From positions 36,946 to 100,945 of IMG/VR virus record IMGVR_UViG_3300035664_000005: a stretch of 64,000 nucleotides of DNA. The stretch is one strand, 5' to 3'. This DNA comes from a virus. Position numbers and translations under genes: made by a program. Positions within the stretch are counted from its first letter, which is position 1. Every line of letters begins with the position of its first letter. Shown here piece after piece: positions 1-10,156 of this stretch. Below the pieces are notes generated by a model that was given only the letters and a program-made list of their open reading frames with translations, ran no database searches and was not told the origin of the DNA.

Positions 1-732
1 CCTGATGAATCTTCCCACGAATATATCCGTAAACAAACATATTTTTATGAACGGGTAAAACAAGTAAGAGAAGCAGTTATTGCGGATTATTGCGATAAAT
101 ATAAAGTTTTTGATTTCATTAACACAGAGACATGGATTCAACAGTCTGTGAATTTGGCGGAATATTTTGATGGCGCGTCGGTTCCCGACCCGCAAATAGA
201 CGGCTTAAGTATTTCACTAAAACCAAAAGCAATGAATTACCATACGGATTTTGAAATAAAAAAAATGTGCGAAGATTCAGATAATTTTGTGCTCACCTGT
301 AATGTCTATTGGAATGATGATTACAAAGGCGGAGAGATTGTTTTTTTTGACTCAGATCAATTACTTCCATATAAACCCAAACAAGGAGAAGTGCTGATTT
401 TCCCGTCAGGTTCACCATTCTTCCCCCAAGACGGACAGGCGTTTTACCACTGTGCAAATAGTGTGTTTAAAGGCAAAAAATATTTTTCACGAAATTATTT
501 GCAATACAAGCATGTACCGACTGAGGAAATGCGCGACGCACAGGAAGACTACCCCACTGGTGATCGTGTGAACGGCGACCATCACTACGCTTCTCTTTTC
601 AATCAAATGATGGACGTGAGTACGAGTAATGAAAAGAAATTCCTTGTTCACCCAATTGCGAAAAGATTTTATAAAAAACTTGATGAGTGCATTTTGGTGA
701 ATGACTTTAGCAAAAAAGATTTTTTTCAGTAA
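1..732 (+). CDS. 2OG-Fe(II) oxygenase (prolyl-4-hydroxylase-like), 5'-truncated by the window
   Basis: Frame is open from base 1; HTD...YWNDDYKGGE...HCAN...GKKY gives the HxD...H facial triad and the YxNDDYxGGE signature. Confidence 0.85.
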   Translation, partial: PDESSHEYIRKQTYFYERVKQVREAVIADYCDKYKVFDFINTETWIQQSVNLAEYFDGASVPDPQIDGLSISLKPKAMNYHTDFEIKKMCEDSDNFVLTCNVYWNDDYKGGEIVFFDSDQLLPYKPKQGEVLIFPSGSPFFPQDGQAFYHCANSVFKGKKYFSRNYLQYKHVPTEEMRDAQEDYPTGDRVNGDHHYASLFNQMMDVSTSNEKKFLVHPIAKRFYKKLDECILVNDFSKKDFFQ

Positions 733-1493
733 TTTGCGTGTGCGTCAACAAAATTGAGTACACGCTCTGCTGTTGTTTCGCCGTCTGTGCCCGGGTCGCT
801 CTTTAGCCAACGAATAAAGTCATACCATTTTCTTTGCTGATCAGGGCTGTCAAACACGAGCGTGTATTGAACAATTGTTTTTGAACCGTTAGCAACAACT
901 GAAGGTGCTCCCTGAGTCACTGCTTGCTGTATGTCTGTGCCTTTGGGTGCGGTAAGCATTGTTTCACCGTTTTCCATTTGCGTACTTACAACGGTTGGGT
1001 TGTTTGACGGTTCTATCGTTGCTATTGGTTGGATGACTGGTGCTTCGTAGGGCGCATCGTCTTCTTGATAGTAGTCACCTTCCATGGCGGCTAAATCAAA
1101 TTCGTCCCATCCAAGCGCATCTATTAAATTGTCGTATTGTCCGCCGACTTCTCCAAGAAGTTCAAACAACATATTGCTGTCGGTGGTTCCAAGTTCGTTT
1201 GTTCGGTTGTCGGCTAAAGCGTAGGCAATAGCGCTTTCATTGTCGCCCTCAAATTTGACGCAAGCAATTTTATCCCAACCAAGTTTTTTAGCGGCTTCGT
1301 ATTGGTGGTTTCCTGCAATAATTGTTGAGGTTCCATCCTTGTTGTCTTTGATGACGATTGGTTTTACTTGACCGAATTCTTTGTATGACGCAACAATTGC
1401 GTCTATGTTGCCTTTTCGTGGGTTGTTTTCTAAATGAATAAGTTCTGAGAGCGGAACAGCCAAGTGTTCAATGTTTTTGTGAATGTTAGACAT
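726..1493 (-). CDS. ParB/Srx N-terminal domain protein
   Basis: NNPRK...FGQVKPIVI...IIAGNHQYEAAKKLG...ALADNRT, the typical phage ParB-like signature. Confidence 0.85.
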   Translation of the reverse strand: MSNIHKNIEHLAVPLSELIHLENNPRKGNIDAIVASYKEFGQVKPIVIKDNKDGTSTIIAGNHQYEAAKKLGWDKIACVKFEGDNESAIAYALADNRTNELGTTDSNMLFELLGEVGGQYDNLIDALGWDEFDLAAMEGDYYQEDDAPYEAPVIQPIATIEPSNNPTVVSTQMENGETMLTAPKGTDIQQAVTQGAPSVVANGSKTIVQYTLVFDSPDQQRKWYDFIRWLKSDPGTDGETTAERVLNFVDAHANY

Positions 1494-1838
1494 TTATAAT
1501 CCTGTTTGTACACGGACATTGGCGTTCAATGTCCTTAGTGCGTCCAACGATGTTCGCACGGTTAGCAATTTTTCTCTTTTAGATTTAACTAACGCCTCGC
1601 TAATCTTATACGAATATGACTCGTCGGAAAGTTTGTAGTCAGCCCACGCTTCACGCTCTTTGATGGATCCCTTGGCGGCTAGATATTCTTTAGCCCAATT
1701 ACTTTTCATTAAAGAATCTTTTTTCGCTGCATCAACTGCAAGCACTTCAAATGCTTCGGTTTCCTCTTCAAGAATGCCAAGCAGACGCATAATCTCTGAT
1801 TCAATTTCCACTTGAGATATTGGTTGTGACCTACCCAT
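1494..1838 (-). CDS. Helical hypothetical protein (possibly a UvsY-like recombination mediator)
   Basis: 114 aa coiled-coil ORF coupled to the RuvC-like gene; function is a guess. Confidence 0.5.
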   Translation of the reverse strand: MGRSQPISQVEIESEIMRLLGILEEETEAFEVLAVDAAKKDSLMKSNWAKEYLAAKGSIKEREAWADYKLSDESYSYKISEALVKSKREKLLTVRTSLDALRTLNANVRVQTGL

Positions 1839-2358
1839 TTTGTTCTCCTGTTATTGCCGTGAAATCGCATTTTTTTAGCGCCAAAACTTGATCTGTATTC
1901 CACTCGTATTGAGACAGACCCAAGTATGTGAGCGTCATTTGTTCAAGAATCCAAGCATCACATCTGTCATTGCCGTCTCCACCCGACCAGATTATCCCTG
2001 TTTTTGCTGAGATCGCTGACATTACTTCAGATTTACCTGAGTTTCCTTTTCCCGTAGCAAATTTGGCTCTACAGGTTGGAGGTATAACCACGACTGGCAC
2101 TCCCAGTTCGCGTAACGCGACCCTTACAACTCCTCCAAGTTCTCCTATGGAGTGGGCTTGCGAATGTCGTGAAGCATATGAGTAGCCTTCTACTGCCACT
2201 ATTTGAACACCAGCCTCTTGGGCTAGAGCCAAGATTTCGTTTCTTATTTCTAGGAGTCGTTCGGATCCTTTGTTTTTGGATTTGATGCTCGTTGTTAGAC
2301 CGCCGATACTGACACCCGTGCTGGTCAGGGAGAGGTCTAAACCCATTATTTTTGCCAC
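1831..2358 (-). CDS. ruvC: RuvC-like Holliday junction resolvase
   Basis: IMGLDLSLTSTG, VAVEG, GELGGVVR, KFATGKGN..K, DNRCDA-type catalytic motifs. Confidence 0.85.
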   Translation of the reverse strand: MAKIMGLDLSLTSTGVSIGGLTTSIKSKNKGSERLLEIRNEILALAQEAGVQIVAVEGYSYASRHSQAHSIGELGGVVRVALRELGVPVVVIPPTCRAKFATGKGNSGKSEVMSAISAKTGIIWSGGDGNDRCDAWILEQMTLTYLGLSQYEWNTDQVLALKKCDFTAITGEQNG

Positions 2359-2380
2359 ATTTGTAGATTACTATATTTAT

Positions 2381-3430
2381 GTGGAAAACATAATCTTCAG
2401 TGAAAACAAGGTTGAGGTTTTGAATAAAAAAATTTTTGTTGCCATTCCTTCGTTTCAGGAAGAGGATTTGCTAAATACGGTTGACAGCATTTTTTTGAAT
2501 GCTTCAAACCCGAACCGCGTAATTGTTGGCATTTGTAATCAACGAGTTGTAGACGGCGAATTTGAGTCTTTTGAATGCTACGACGATCATGTCAAAGTTA
2601 TAAATGTGCGATCACCCAAGCCGATGGGATTGGGGTTTGCATATTTTGCTATCTGCCAAATGGTGCAAGACGAAGAGTATTTTATGCGGATTGATGCTGG
2701 TACGAGAATGAAACCCGACTGGGACAAAATTTTGATTGAATCCTATGAATCGGTTTGTCGCCATACGGGTAACAAAACGATTATTAGCGGTCAAATCGGT
2801 GCTTTTTATAAAACAGACGAGGAACTGAGCGCGGGTTACTACACCGATGACCTTTGGACATTTAAAGAAGGTTGCTGGTTTCAGGATTTTGCTCACCCCG
2901 AAAGCGAATATTGGGTAGATGGGCTGATAAAGCAGTTCGTAATGACCGTTTGGGATGTTGATGAAAATAAATATAATTCAAATAAAGACTCAATAAGTAA
3001 GTTTATTTGGAACAATGAAGATAAAAATTTGGGATTTAAACAAATATGTTTTGTAAACGGTGCTTTTCATTTCTCCAAAAGTCAACTCGTAAGAGATTGC
3101 CCGCCTGACCCTAGAATGGTTTTTTGGGGCGAAGAACACCTCTTGGGTCTCAGGGCTATCACCAGAGGTTATGGGATTTACGCATTAAATATTAGCGTGC
3201 TATTTACTCTAAGTAAACCAAAGTCCTATGTTGAAGGTCAAGGCGTTTTAAATTGGAGGAATTTTAGCAACGAGACATTTGTTCAAAGCCAAAATGTTTT
3301 AGCAAAAAAAATTCTTTTAGGTGAAGAATACGGTTTGTTTGGTGCACCAAATGAAGAACTTTACCAACAGTACTTCGGTCAAATAGGACTAAAAAACGAA
3401 GACAAAGAAAAATGGATTAAAAATGATTAA
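2381..3430 (+). CDS. GlcNAc transferase, Gnt1/Skp1-hydroxyproline GlcNAc-T-like (GT-A fold)
   Basis: IFVAIPSFQEEDL..TV...A.NP.RV.VGIC.Q, EEYFMRIDA..R...WD..LI, GAFHF, P.DP...FWGEE..L..RA.T.G; start uncertain (GTG at 2381). Confidence 0.75.
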   Translation: MENIIFSENKVEVLNKKIFVAIPSFQEEDLLNTVDSIFLNASNPNRVIVGICNQRVVDGEFESFECYDDHVKVINVRSPKPMGLGFAYFAICQMVQDEEYFMRIDAGTRMKPDWDKILIESYESVCRHTGNKTIISGQIGAFYKTDEELSAGYYTDDLWTFKEGCWFQDFAHPESEYWVDGLIKQFVMTVWDVDENKYNSNKDSISKFIWNNEDKNLGFKQICFVNGAFHFSKSQLVRDCPPDPRMVFWGEEHLLGLRAITRGYGIYALNISVLFTLSKPKSYVEGQGVLNWRNFSNETFVQSQNVLAKKILLGEEYGLFGAPNEELYQQYFGQIGLKNEDKEKWIKND

Positions 3431-3857
3431 TAAAAAATCTGCTCCACAAAAAAATATTGTTTCCATTGACAAACAAGGGGCTTGGGGTGATGTTTCTTAT
3501 TATCATAAACTTGAATGCGGGCATATAGAGGTTCGCAAACGGGCATCAACAGCCCCAAGAATTGCGTGTACTTGGTGTGTTATCGGTGAAGAAAAAGGCA
3601 GGGAACTTAAAGCATTGACTATTGTTCAGCCACCAACCCTTGAAGAGGTGTGGGATTTTTACGATGATTCAATAAACGAGGAAGTTAATGTTGCCCAACT
3701 ACGGGCTGGTATCGCCAGTGCTGTGGGTTGTCCACAGGACAGCGTTGAAGTGGTATCTGAAGTTGGCGAAGACAATATTCTTCGTGTCAATTATGTAACA
3801 ATTTTTTTGGACATTGAACTTGCAAAGAAAATAGGCAAATATCAAAAAAACATTTGA
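3423..3857 (+). CDS. Hypothetical protein with an LECGH...CxxC zinc-binding motif
   Basis: LECGH...CTWC; overlaps the upstream stop. Confidence 0.6.
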   Translation: MINKKSAPQKNIVSIDKQGAWGDVSYYHKLECGHIEVRKRASTAPRIACTWCVIGEEKGRELKALTIVQPPTLEEVWDFYDDSINEEVNVAQLRAGIASAVGCPQDSVEVVSEVGEDNILRVNYVTIFLDIELAKKIGKYQKNI

Positions 3858-3930
3858 TGTTCCCCGAAGGGGCTAGTAGGGTAAAGCGAAATAACAATTA
3901 CCTAAAAGTTAGATCGGGGGCAACTTAGGC

Positions 3931-4278
3931 ATGAAACTCATTGAAGATTTTTTTGACACGAAAAAAGCCGCGTGCAAAGGCGAAGACATCACTTTGTTTT
4001 ATCCGATTCTCCCCGCTGGTCAGCATCGCAAAGACGTTGAAATTGCAAAACATTTATGCTCGCAGTGTGAAGTGATTGAAGGATGCTTGGAGTATTCGCT
4101 TCACTATGAGCCCCTTGGAATTTGGGGAGGGAAAAGCGAAGTTGAACGAGAAGTTTTGAGACAACAAAAAAATATTTGTTTACCTATTGATCGCAAAGCA
4201 TCACATTCTGTGCGCAGATCAGTTAGAGCGGGTCGGGTTGGCAGAATAGTTCGGCGAATAGACTCGTTGAATGAGTAA
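3931..4278 (+). CDS. whiB: WhiB-family Fe-S transcription factor
   Basis: AAC...AK.LCSQC.V..GCLEY....GIWGG.SE.ER: four Cys plus the GIWGG turn. Confidence 0.92.
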   Translation: MKLIEDFFDTKKAACKGEDITLFYPILPAGQHRKDVEIAKHLCSQCEVIEGCLEYSLHYEPLGIWGGKSEVEREVLRQQKNICLPIDRKASHSVRRSVRAGRVGRIVRRIDSLNE

Positions 4279-6025
4279 TGCTTCCGTACCTATCCATGTA
4301 GATCGGTTCATTGCCAAACTGAATGGTGTCCGACCGACCAGCAACGGTTTTGAGGCTAGATGCCCGTGCCGAAACGACGACAACAACCCTTCGCTTTCAA
4401 TCGGGATAGGTAGTGAAGACAAAATTTTGATTACTTGCCACCGTGGGCAGGGTTGCTCCGTGGAACAAGTTTGTCAGGCAATGGGTGTGACCGTAAAAGA
4501 GTTGTACCCCGAGAAAAAGGAAGAAAGAAAACTATCACTAGTAGCCACATATGACTACCGTGACGAAAATGGAAAACTTCTTTTTCAAAAACAACGATTC
4601 GTAGACCAATGGGGTAAGAAAACTTTCCGGCAACGAAGACCAGATCCTGTCAACAAAGGGAAATACATTTTTTCTTTAGATGACACACCAAAAATTTTGT
4701 ACCGCTTGCCCGATGTGCTTCACGCTAAAAGCAACGGCGATGTGATTTGGCTCGTGGAGGGTGAGAAAGACGCTGACAACTTAGTCAAACTTGGTTTATG
4801 CGCAACCACACCACCAAACGGAGCGGGCAAGTGGCTGGATATTCACACACGCGCGTTAGAGGGTGCACAGGTTTGGATAATTGCCGATAACGATTCGGTC
4901 GGTAGAGACCACGCCAAGATGGTGAGCAACACCCTTCAACAAAATGGTTGCACTGTTATCAATTGGGTTCCTCCAAATAATTACAAAGATGTTTCCGAAC
5001 TTCTTGGTGCAGGGGGAAGTGTTGATGACTTGATTGAAATGGATAATGCTGAACCACTTGATGACATTGTTCAGCATGAAGAAGAAGAGCAACAGACGGA
5101 AGCAATTGTTGAAGCAACAACCCCATTGATTGCTCTTGCTGAACGCATAAATTCTCTGCTGATACGAGAGGACATCTCGGAGACGGTGCGCCTAACCAAA
5201 GCATCAATGATGATCGGGTCTTTTGGGCATGAAGATGAAATTGACAGAGGAAGGCTTGTTAATTGGTCGGATTTTCTATTGGAGACAGAAAATGACGAAT
5301 ACGACTGGATTATTCCGAATGTTCTTGAAAGAGGCGAACGAGTAATCGTTGTCGCTGCGGAAGGCGTCGGCAAAACCATGCTCGCCAGACAGATCGCAAT
5401 ATGCAGTTCTTTTGGAATTAATCCGTTCAATTTTTCAAGAATGAAACCAATCAGAACATTAACAATTGACCTTGAAAACCCCGAAAGAATTATTAGGAGA
5501 ACCTCATCAAATATAATGGGAGCCGCTCGGCGACTTGGATACTTGGAAGGTCAACCTGAATGCCATATTTTGATAAAGCCTTCAGGTGTGGATTTGATGC
5601 GACCAGCAGATCGCCTCATAATTGAAGAAGCGGTAGAAACTATCAAACCTGATCTCATTTTGCTCGGTCCTATTTATAAGTCTTTTGTGGATCCCGGTGG
5701 CAGAACATCTGAATCAATAACTGTTGAAGTGGCAAAGTATTTTGACATGTTGCGCGATTACTACAACTGTTCGTTGTGGCTTGAACACCACGCACCATTG
5801 GGTACATCTTCATCCACGAGAGATCTGCGACCATTCGGTTCGGCTGTTTGGTCACGCTGGCCGGAGTTCGGTCTATCGCTGACTCCCGACCCAACTGCTA
5901 TTGGTGATTATGTCTATGATGTGCGACATTTTCGTGGCGCGCGAGACCTGCGGGCATTTCCGACTAAAATGAGAAGAGGGAAAATCTTCCCGTTTGAAGT
6001 TATTGAATTCATGGACACAATTTAA
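4271..6025 (+). CDS. DNA primase-helicase (Zn-binding + TOPRIM + RecA-type AAA)
   Basis: ARCPC..D.NPSL, VEGEKDAD, IADNDSVG (TOPRIM), AAEGVGKT (Walker A), LEHH, FGSA. Confidence 0.9.
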   Translation: MSNASVPIHVDRFIAKLNGVRPTSNGFEARCPCRNDDNNPSLSIGIGSEDKILITCHRGQGCSVEQVCQAMGVTVKELYPEKKEERKLSLVATYDYRDENGKLLFQKQRFVDQWGKKTFRQRRPDPVNKGKYIFSLDDTPKILYRLPDVLHAKSNGDVIWLVEGEKDADNLVKLGLCATTPPNGAGKWLDIHTRALEGAQVWIIADNDSVGRDHAKMVSNTLQQNGCTVINWVPPNNYKDVSELLGAGGSVDDLIEMDNAEPLDDIVQHEEEEQQTEAIVEATTPLIALAERINSLLIREDISETVRLTKASMMIGSFGHEDEIDRGRLVNWSDFLLETENDEYDWIIPNVLERGERVIVVAAEGVGKTMLARQIAICSSFGINPFNFSRMKPIRTLTIDLENPERIIRRTSSNIMGAARRLGYLEGQPECHILIKPSGVDLMRPADRLIIEEAVETIKPDLILLGPIYKSFVDPGGRTSESITVEVAKYFDMLRDYYNCSLWLEHHAPLGTSSSTRDLRPFGSAVWSRWPEFGLSLTPDPTAIGDYVYDVRHFRGARDLRAFPTKMRRGKIFPFEVIEFMDTI

Positions 6026-6026
6026 A

Positions 6027-6668
6027 ATGGCTGAAAAGGGACTAACAAGAGAATTTCTCGCTGAACGAGACCTGCGCATTTTCAAGATGAGGCAGGCTGG
6101 CGTTCCAATTGCGGAGATTGCACGAAGGTTTGGTATTGGCACATCCAATGTTTCAAACTCCGTGAAAAGACAATTGAATAAACTTAGTCAAGAAGCCTTG
6201 CTTATTTATCCTGAAGTTCTTCAGATGGAACTTGAACGATTAGATGCTCTTCAATCCGCAATCTGGCCGTTAACGCAACACAGGAAACAGAAAATGGATG
6301 ACGGCACAGAGGTCTCTATTGAGCCAGATATCAAGGCGGTGTCAACGGTGCTTTCAATCATTGATCGTCGCGCAAAATTGCTTGGTATGGAACAAACGAA
6401 TGTAAATGTTCAGATGGATGTCCGTGATTCTTCTCCGATACGAGCGGTATTGGCTGGCGCGCCGGGCGTTGTTCAGGCTGAGAAGTTTGATTCCGAGGCT
6501 GAGGCTAAGAAACTTTTGATATTGATGAGCGATGCGGGGATTATGCCGAAAGATACGATCAAACAACTTCTTGGTGATATGCCAGCCTTGAGTGATGGAG
6601 AAGATGAGATTGAAGATGCGGAGGTTGTGGATTCGTTGGAATCACCAACAGAGATAGAGTCTATCTAA
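6027..6668 (+). CDS. HTH protein, probable terminase small subunit
   Basis: MRQAG..IAEIARRFG HTH followed by ELERLDAL...DRRAKLLG, a pattern typical of actinophage TerS-like proteins. Confidence 0.6.
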   Translation: MAEKGLTREFLAERDLRIFKMRQAGVPIAEIARRFGIGTSNVSNSVKRQLNKLSQEALLIYPEVLQMELERLDALQSAIWPLTQHRKQKMDDGTEVSIEPDIKAVSTVLSIIDRRAKLLGMEQTNVNVQMDVRDSSPIRAVLAGAPGVVQAEKFDSEAEAKKLLILMSDAGIMPKDTIKQLLGDMPALSDGEDEIEDAEVVDSLESPTEIESI

Positions 6669-6726
6669 TTTCAAGAAGTGATGATTTCGCGCAGTCCATC
6701 TCAATCAAAGATGGCATTATTGTTAA

Positions 6727-6900
6727 ATGATATTTTCACTTATTTTCATCGCCATCACCGTTTTAGCGCTTCATCTTTTTGTCATGAGATCAATTGATTC
6801 ATACGACGGATATGGGGGCGTTAGCGCATATCGCGAATGGAAACAATTTGAGACAAAGTACAATATGTATTTTGAAAACAACAATTCTTCTTCTTTGTAG
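6727..6900 (+). CDS. Small membrane protein (57 aa, not in the ORF track)
   Basis: MIFSLIFIAITVLALHLFVMRS...; fills the intergenic gap; one N-terminal hydrophobic helix. Confidence 0.55.
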   Translation: MIFSLIFIAITVLALHLFVMRSIDSYDGYGGVSAYREWKQFETKYNMYFENNNSSSL

Positions 6901-6905
6901 AAATT

Positions 6906-7676
6906 CTATCTAAGATCAAAGTAGTAGGAAGTTTCGTTCCACTGTTTTATTTTTGGTTGTTCTAAAAGTGTTTTCATTTCTTCTAAATAACTTTTACTTT
7001 TTGCCCCCTCGGAGTGAAGGGTATTTGTGTAGTGACCAATTACTGCTCTCCTGAGAATTATCCCTTTAGGCTCTAACGCACAGTGAATTAGATTGCCGTG
7101 CCAAATCAAAACATCTCCTTTTTTGGCGAGGAAAGTAAAATGTTCGTGATCGTTGTGCGATTCAATTTCTTTTGTAAGACGTGGGTTTTGCCAACGACCG
7201 TTCACTATTTCTTGGTCTTTACCCATGTAAACCGCTTGTTTGTCAAATTTCCATTTGTGGGATTTAGCAATTAACTGGAATGGTCCTGCTTCCATAGTGA
7301 CATCTTCTGCTGCAACCCACGCACCAATGTAGTTATTGTACGCAATCGGATTAGACAGCATTGAATCTTGATGCCATGGTTTTTGGCTGGTTGTTCCCCA
7401 AGTGTCAACACGATGTAGTGCTACAGGTAATTCTAAATCTATAAAAAATTGATTTATTGAAGAATGACACATTATGTCCATCACTTCAGGGTGGTTCAAG
7501 TATTCGTGAGGATCGTTCCCAGATTCCATTGACCAACCAAAATTGTTTCCATGTTGGTCAAAATTATTTGAGTGTTCCTTGTTCCAACTGTCAATATAGC
7601 GATCTATCAGATCATCGCTTATGGCTTTTTCTAGTACCACATAGCCATTCTCTTTAAAAAATTCAACATTGTTCAT
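6906..7676 (-). CDS. Phytanoyl-CoA dioxygenase (PhyH) family 2OG oxygenase
   Basis: FFKENGYVV, PWHQD, GAWVAAED...GPFQLI..SH, KGDVLIWHG.LIH. Confidence 0.85.
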   Translation of the reverse strand: MNNVEFFKENGYVVLEKAISDDLIDRYIDSWNKEHSNNFDQHGNNFGWSMESGNDPHEYLNHPEVMDIMCHSSINQFFIDLELPVALHRVDTWGTTSQKPWHQDSMLSNPIAYNNYIGAWVAAEDVTMEAGPFQLIAKSHKWKFDKQAVYMGKDQEIVNGRWQNPRLTKEIESHNDHEHFTFLAKKGDVLIWHGNLIHCALEPKGIILRRAVIGHYTNTLHSEGAKSKSYLEEMKTLLEQPKIKQWNETSYYFDLR

Positions 7677-7682
7677 AAGGTT

Positions 7683-8315
7683 TTAAAGATCGTCCCTGTA
7701 AAATATTTCAAAGCCACAGTGCATTACCGCTGAAGCCAGTGTACCAAAGTATGTTTGTCGGTCTATTGATGGATCAACTGGCTCGGTATCTATTCTGAGT
7801 GATGCTTTCAATGCGGCGGGATATTCAATGTCTCTCATGGCTTTCCCACCGTTGAACCAGAGCACATCACCGAAATCAATTTTTCTTCCAAGTTTTACTT
7901 GATATGACATTGCGACGAAGACATGGTCGTCGGATTTTAGATGCGTAAACGAAACACACTCTTTGACTGGAGAATTTTTTATTGCGAACAGGCTTGCTAG
8001 GTTTTCTCCAGTTGTTTCTGCTGGAGACATTGAGCAGTACCCTTCGGCTGCGAGTGTGTATTCGGTGATACCCCACCCTTTTCTCATGATGACAGATGCC
8101 TCTATTACCGACCTAATGCGTTCGTCTTTTGGGGTACCAAAAGTATCCTTAAGTTGAATTATTGTCGCCAACTCATTATTTTTCCAACCAAATATATTAA
8201 TATTTAAATCAGAACCTATTCCGTCTTCGTCAACTAAGGCTATTTTTGCTGTTTTGATAGATTCAACACATAGGGCTATCTTGTCAAAGTCGGTTTCGTA
8301 AAAGCCTGTATACAT
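7683..8315 (-). CDS. Hypothetical protein
   Basis: 210 aa ORF co-oriented with the PhyH gene. Confidence 0.7.
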   Translation of the reverse strand: MYTGFYETDFDKIALCVESIKTAKIALVDEDGIGSDLNINIFGWKNNELATIIQLKDTFGTPKDERIRSVIEASVIMRKGWGITEYTLAAEGYCSMSPAETTGENLASLFAIKNSPVKECVSFTHLKSDDHVFVAMSYQVKLGRKIDFGDVLWFNGGKAMRDIEYPAALKASLRIDTEPVDPSIDRQTYFGTLASAVMHCGFEIFYRDDL

Positions 8316-8398
8316 ATAAGGGAAACCTTACAACATTACGATTTTACAAAAATGATGAGGTTACATTTGAGGCATTAAGTCTGTACTAGTGTTTTTCT

Positions 8399-8689
8399 AT
8401 GACCTCAAAACAAACAAAAAAATCAGTTAAAAAAAGCACTTCAAATAAGAAAGCGCCTGCTAAAAAGGCTCCCGTTAAAAAGGCGTCGGCTCCCAAAAAG
8501 CCTGTCAATGTTCGCCCCGAGGATGCCGATCGTTTGTTGGCAACTGCCAACGAAACAAAACAGCAGTTCGCTAGCGCAGATAAGTTGATGAAAACACTGG
8601 CTCAACAGCCTTCCATCATTCGGGCTAATGATGTAAAATCTTTGCCTCTTCGCAAAAGAATGCTTGCGTGGTTTAAAATTTCAAAGTAG
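8399..8689 (+). CDS. Lys/Ala-rich histone-H1/HupB-tail-like basic protein
   Basis: KKAPAKKAPVKKASAPKK repeats; a TAGTGT -10 element lies 6 nt before the ATG. Confidence 0.65.
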   Translation: MTSKQTKKSVKKSTSNKKAPAKKAPVKKASAPKKPVNVRPEDADRLLATANETKQQFASADKLMKTLAQQPSIIRANDVKSLPLRKRMLAWFKISK

Positions 8690-8725
8690 TCTTATCCCCA
8701 TGAGGGGATTTCGGGGGAAACAACA

Positions 8726-10102
8726 ATGACAACAGATGCTGATGTGCTGCCCCTGAATATAGATGAAAATATTCTTCTTGGCGATGTCCGAGAAACTTTG
8801 GCTTTGTTGCCAGATAAAAGTATTCACTGTGTGGTTACATCCCCTCCATATTGGGGTTTGCGTGATTATGGAACAGCAACTTGGATTGGGGGCGACCCCG
8901 AATGTTCCCATAAGCGTGACAGTAAATTCAGTGAAAGTTGCTCCACAGGACAAAAACTTTTAGAAGGCGCAATCGGTGACGGGATATATAAAGTTCAATG
9001 TCCTCGTTGCGGCGCAATGCGCGAAGACAGTCAACTTGGTTTAGAACCAACAGTAGATGAGTATGTTGAGCATATGGTTCAAGTTTTTCGGGAAGTTCAT
9101 AGAGTTCTGCGAGATGACGGAACTCTTTGGTTGAATCTCGGTGACTCTTATGCGGGGAGTAACGGAAACGGATGGAAACAATCCATTGCGTCAACAAATG
9201 CTTCAAACGCTGGTGGGGAAAACGAGGACTTCAGAGCAAAGATCGGCAGAGACGACGGCGATTTAAAACCGAAAGATTTGGTTGGTGTTCCTTGGCGTGT
9301 GGCTTTTGCGTTACAGGCAGATGGATGGTATTTGCGTCAAGATATTATTTGGGCTAAACCCAACCCGATGCCAGAATCTGTAAGGGATAGATGCACAAAA
9401 GCCCACGAATACATTTTTCTTTTGACAAAAAAATCTCATTATTTCTTTGATAGCGAAGCAATTAAAGAACCAGCCAAATATGCTTATGACGACAGGGGGG
9501 CTCGTGCGGACAGCCGTAAAGACGCAGGGATCTCAAACGCAATGCACGGTTCAACTGGTGCATTTAGAAACAAGAGGTCAGTATGGACAGTGACAACGAA
9601 ACCTTTCAAAGAAGCACATTTTGCGACCTTCCCACAGGATCTAATAGAGCCCTGTATTGCTTCTGGTACGAGCGAGAAGGGATGTTGCGCTCAGTGTGGC
9701 TCCCCGTTGGTTCGTCAAGTTTTACGCAAGCGAATCGCACGCAACGAACTCCCCCAAGAAGATCCCCGTTACCGCCCGAACGACTACAACGGCGCGTATG
9801 GGGAAATCAACGGGAAAGGGGACGCTGGCTATACCCAAACAAGCACAACAGGTTGGGAAAAAGCGTGTAAGTGTTTAACAGAAGATGTCGTCCCCTGCAC
9901 GGTTTTGGACGTGTTTTTTGGTGCTGGCACGACAGGCGTTGTGGCACAGAAATTGGGCAGAAATTATAAGGGTTGCGAGTTAAACCCTGAATATGCCGAG
10001 ATAGCAACAATTCGTCTCATTAACGATAAAGAAAAAAACAGGCTTTTAAAAGAAGCCGAAGATAGCCAACCTTCTTTATTTGAGGTTGCTTCCGACGAGT
10101 AA
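8726..10102 (+). CDS. DNA methyltransferase, N4-C/N6-A, beta class, with Cys-rich insertions
   Basis: VTSPPYWG (motif IV) N-terminal; LDVFFGAGTT (motif I) C-terminal; WAKPNPMPES.DR; HFATFP. Confidence 0.92.
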   Translation: MTTDADVLPLNIDENILLGDVRETLALLPDKSIHCVVTSPPYWGLRDYGTATWIGGDPECSHKRDSKFSESCSTGQKLLEGAIGDGIYKVQCPRCGAMREDSQLGLEPTVDEYVEHMVQVFREVHRVLRDDGTLWLNLGDSYAGSNGNGWKQSIASTNASNAGGENEDFRAKIGRDDGDLKPKDLVGVPWRVAFALQADGWYLRQDIIWAKPNPMPESVRDRCTKAHEYIFLLTKKSHYFFDSEAIKEPAKYAYDDRGARADSRKDAGISNAMHGSTGAFRNKRSVWTVTTKPFKEAHFATFPQDLIEPCIASGTSEKGCCAQCGSPLVRQVLRKRIARNELPQEDPRYRPNDYNGAYGEINGKGDAGYTQTSTTGWEKACKCLTEDVVPCTVLDVFFGAGTTGVVAQKLGRNYKGCELNPEYAEIATIRLINDKEKNRLLKEAEDSQPSLFEVASDE

Positions 10103-10156
10103 TAAATGTTGTATGATTTATCTACATAGAATTCTCTTTGACTTGGAGGTCAAATA

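Noticed and set aside
8870-9900. Cys-rich insertions in the DNA MTase as mobile elements
   Set aside because: Short and in frame, with no intein motifs; similar insertions are common in phage beta-class MTases
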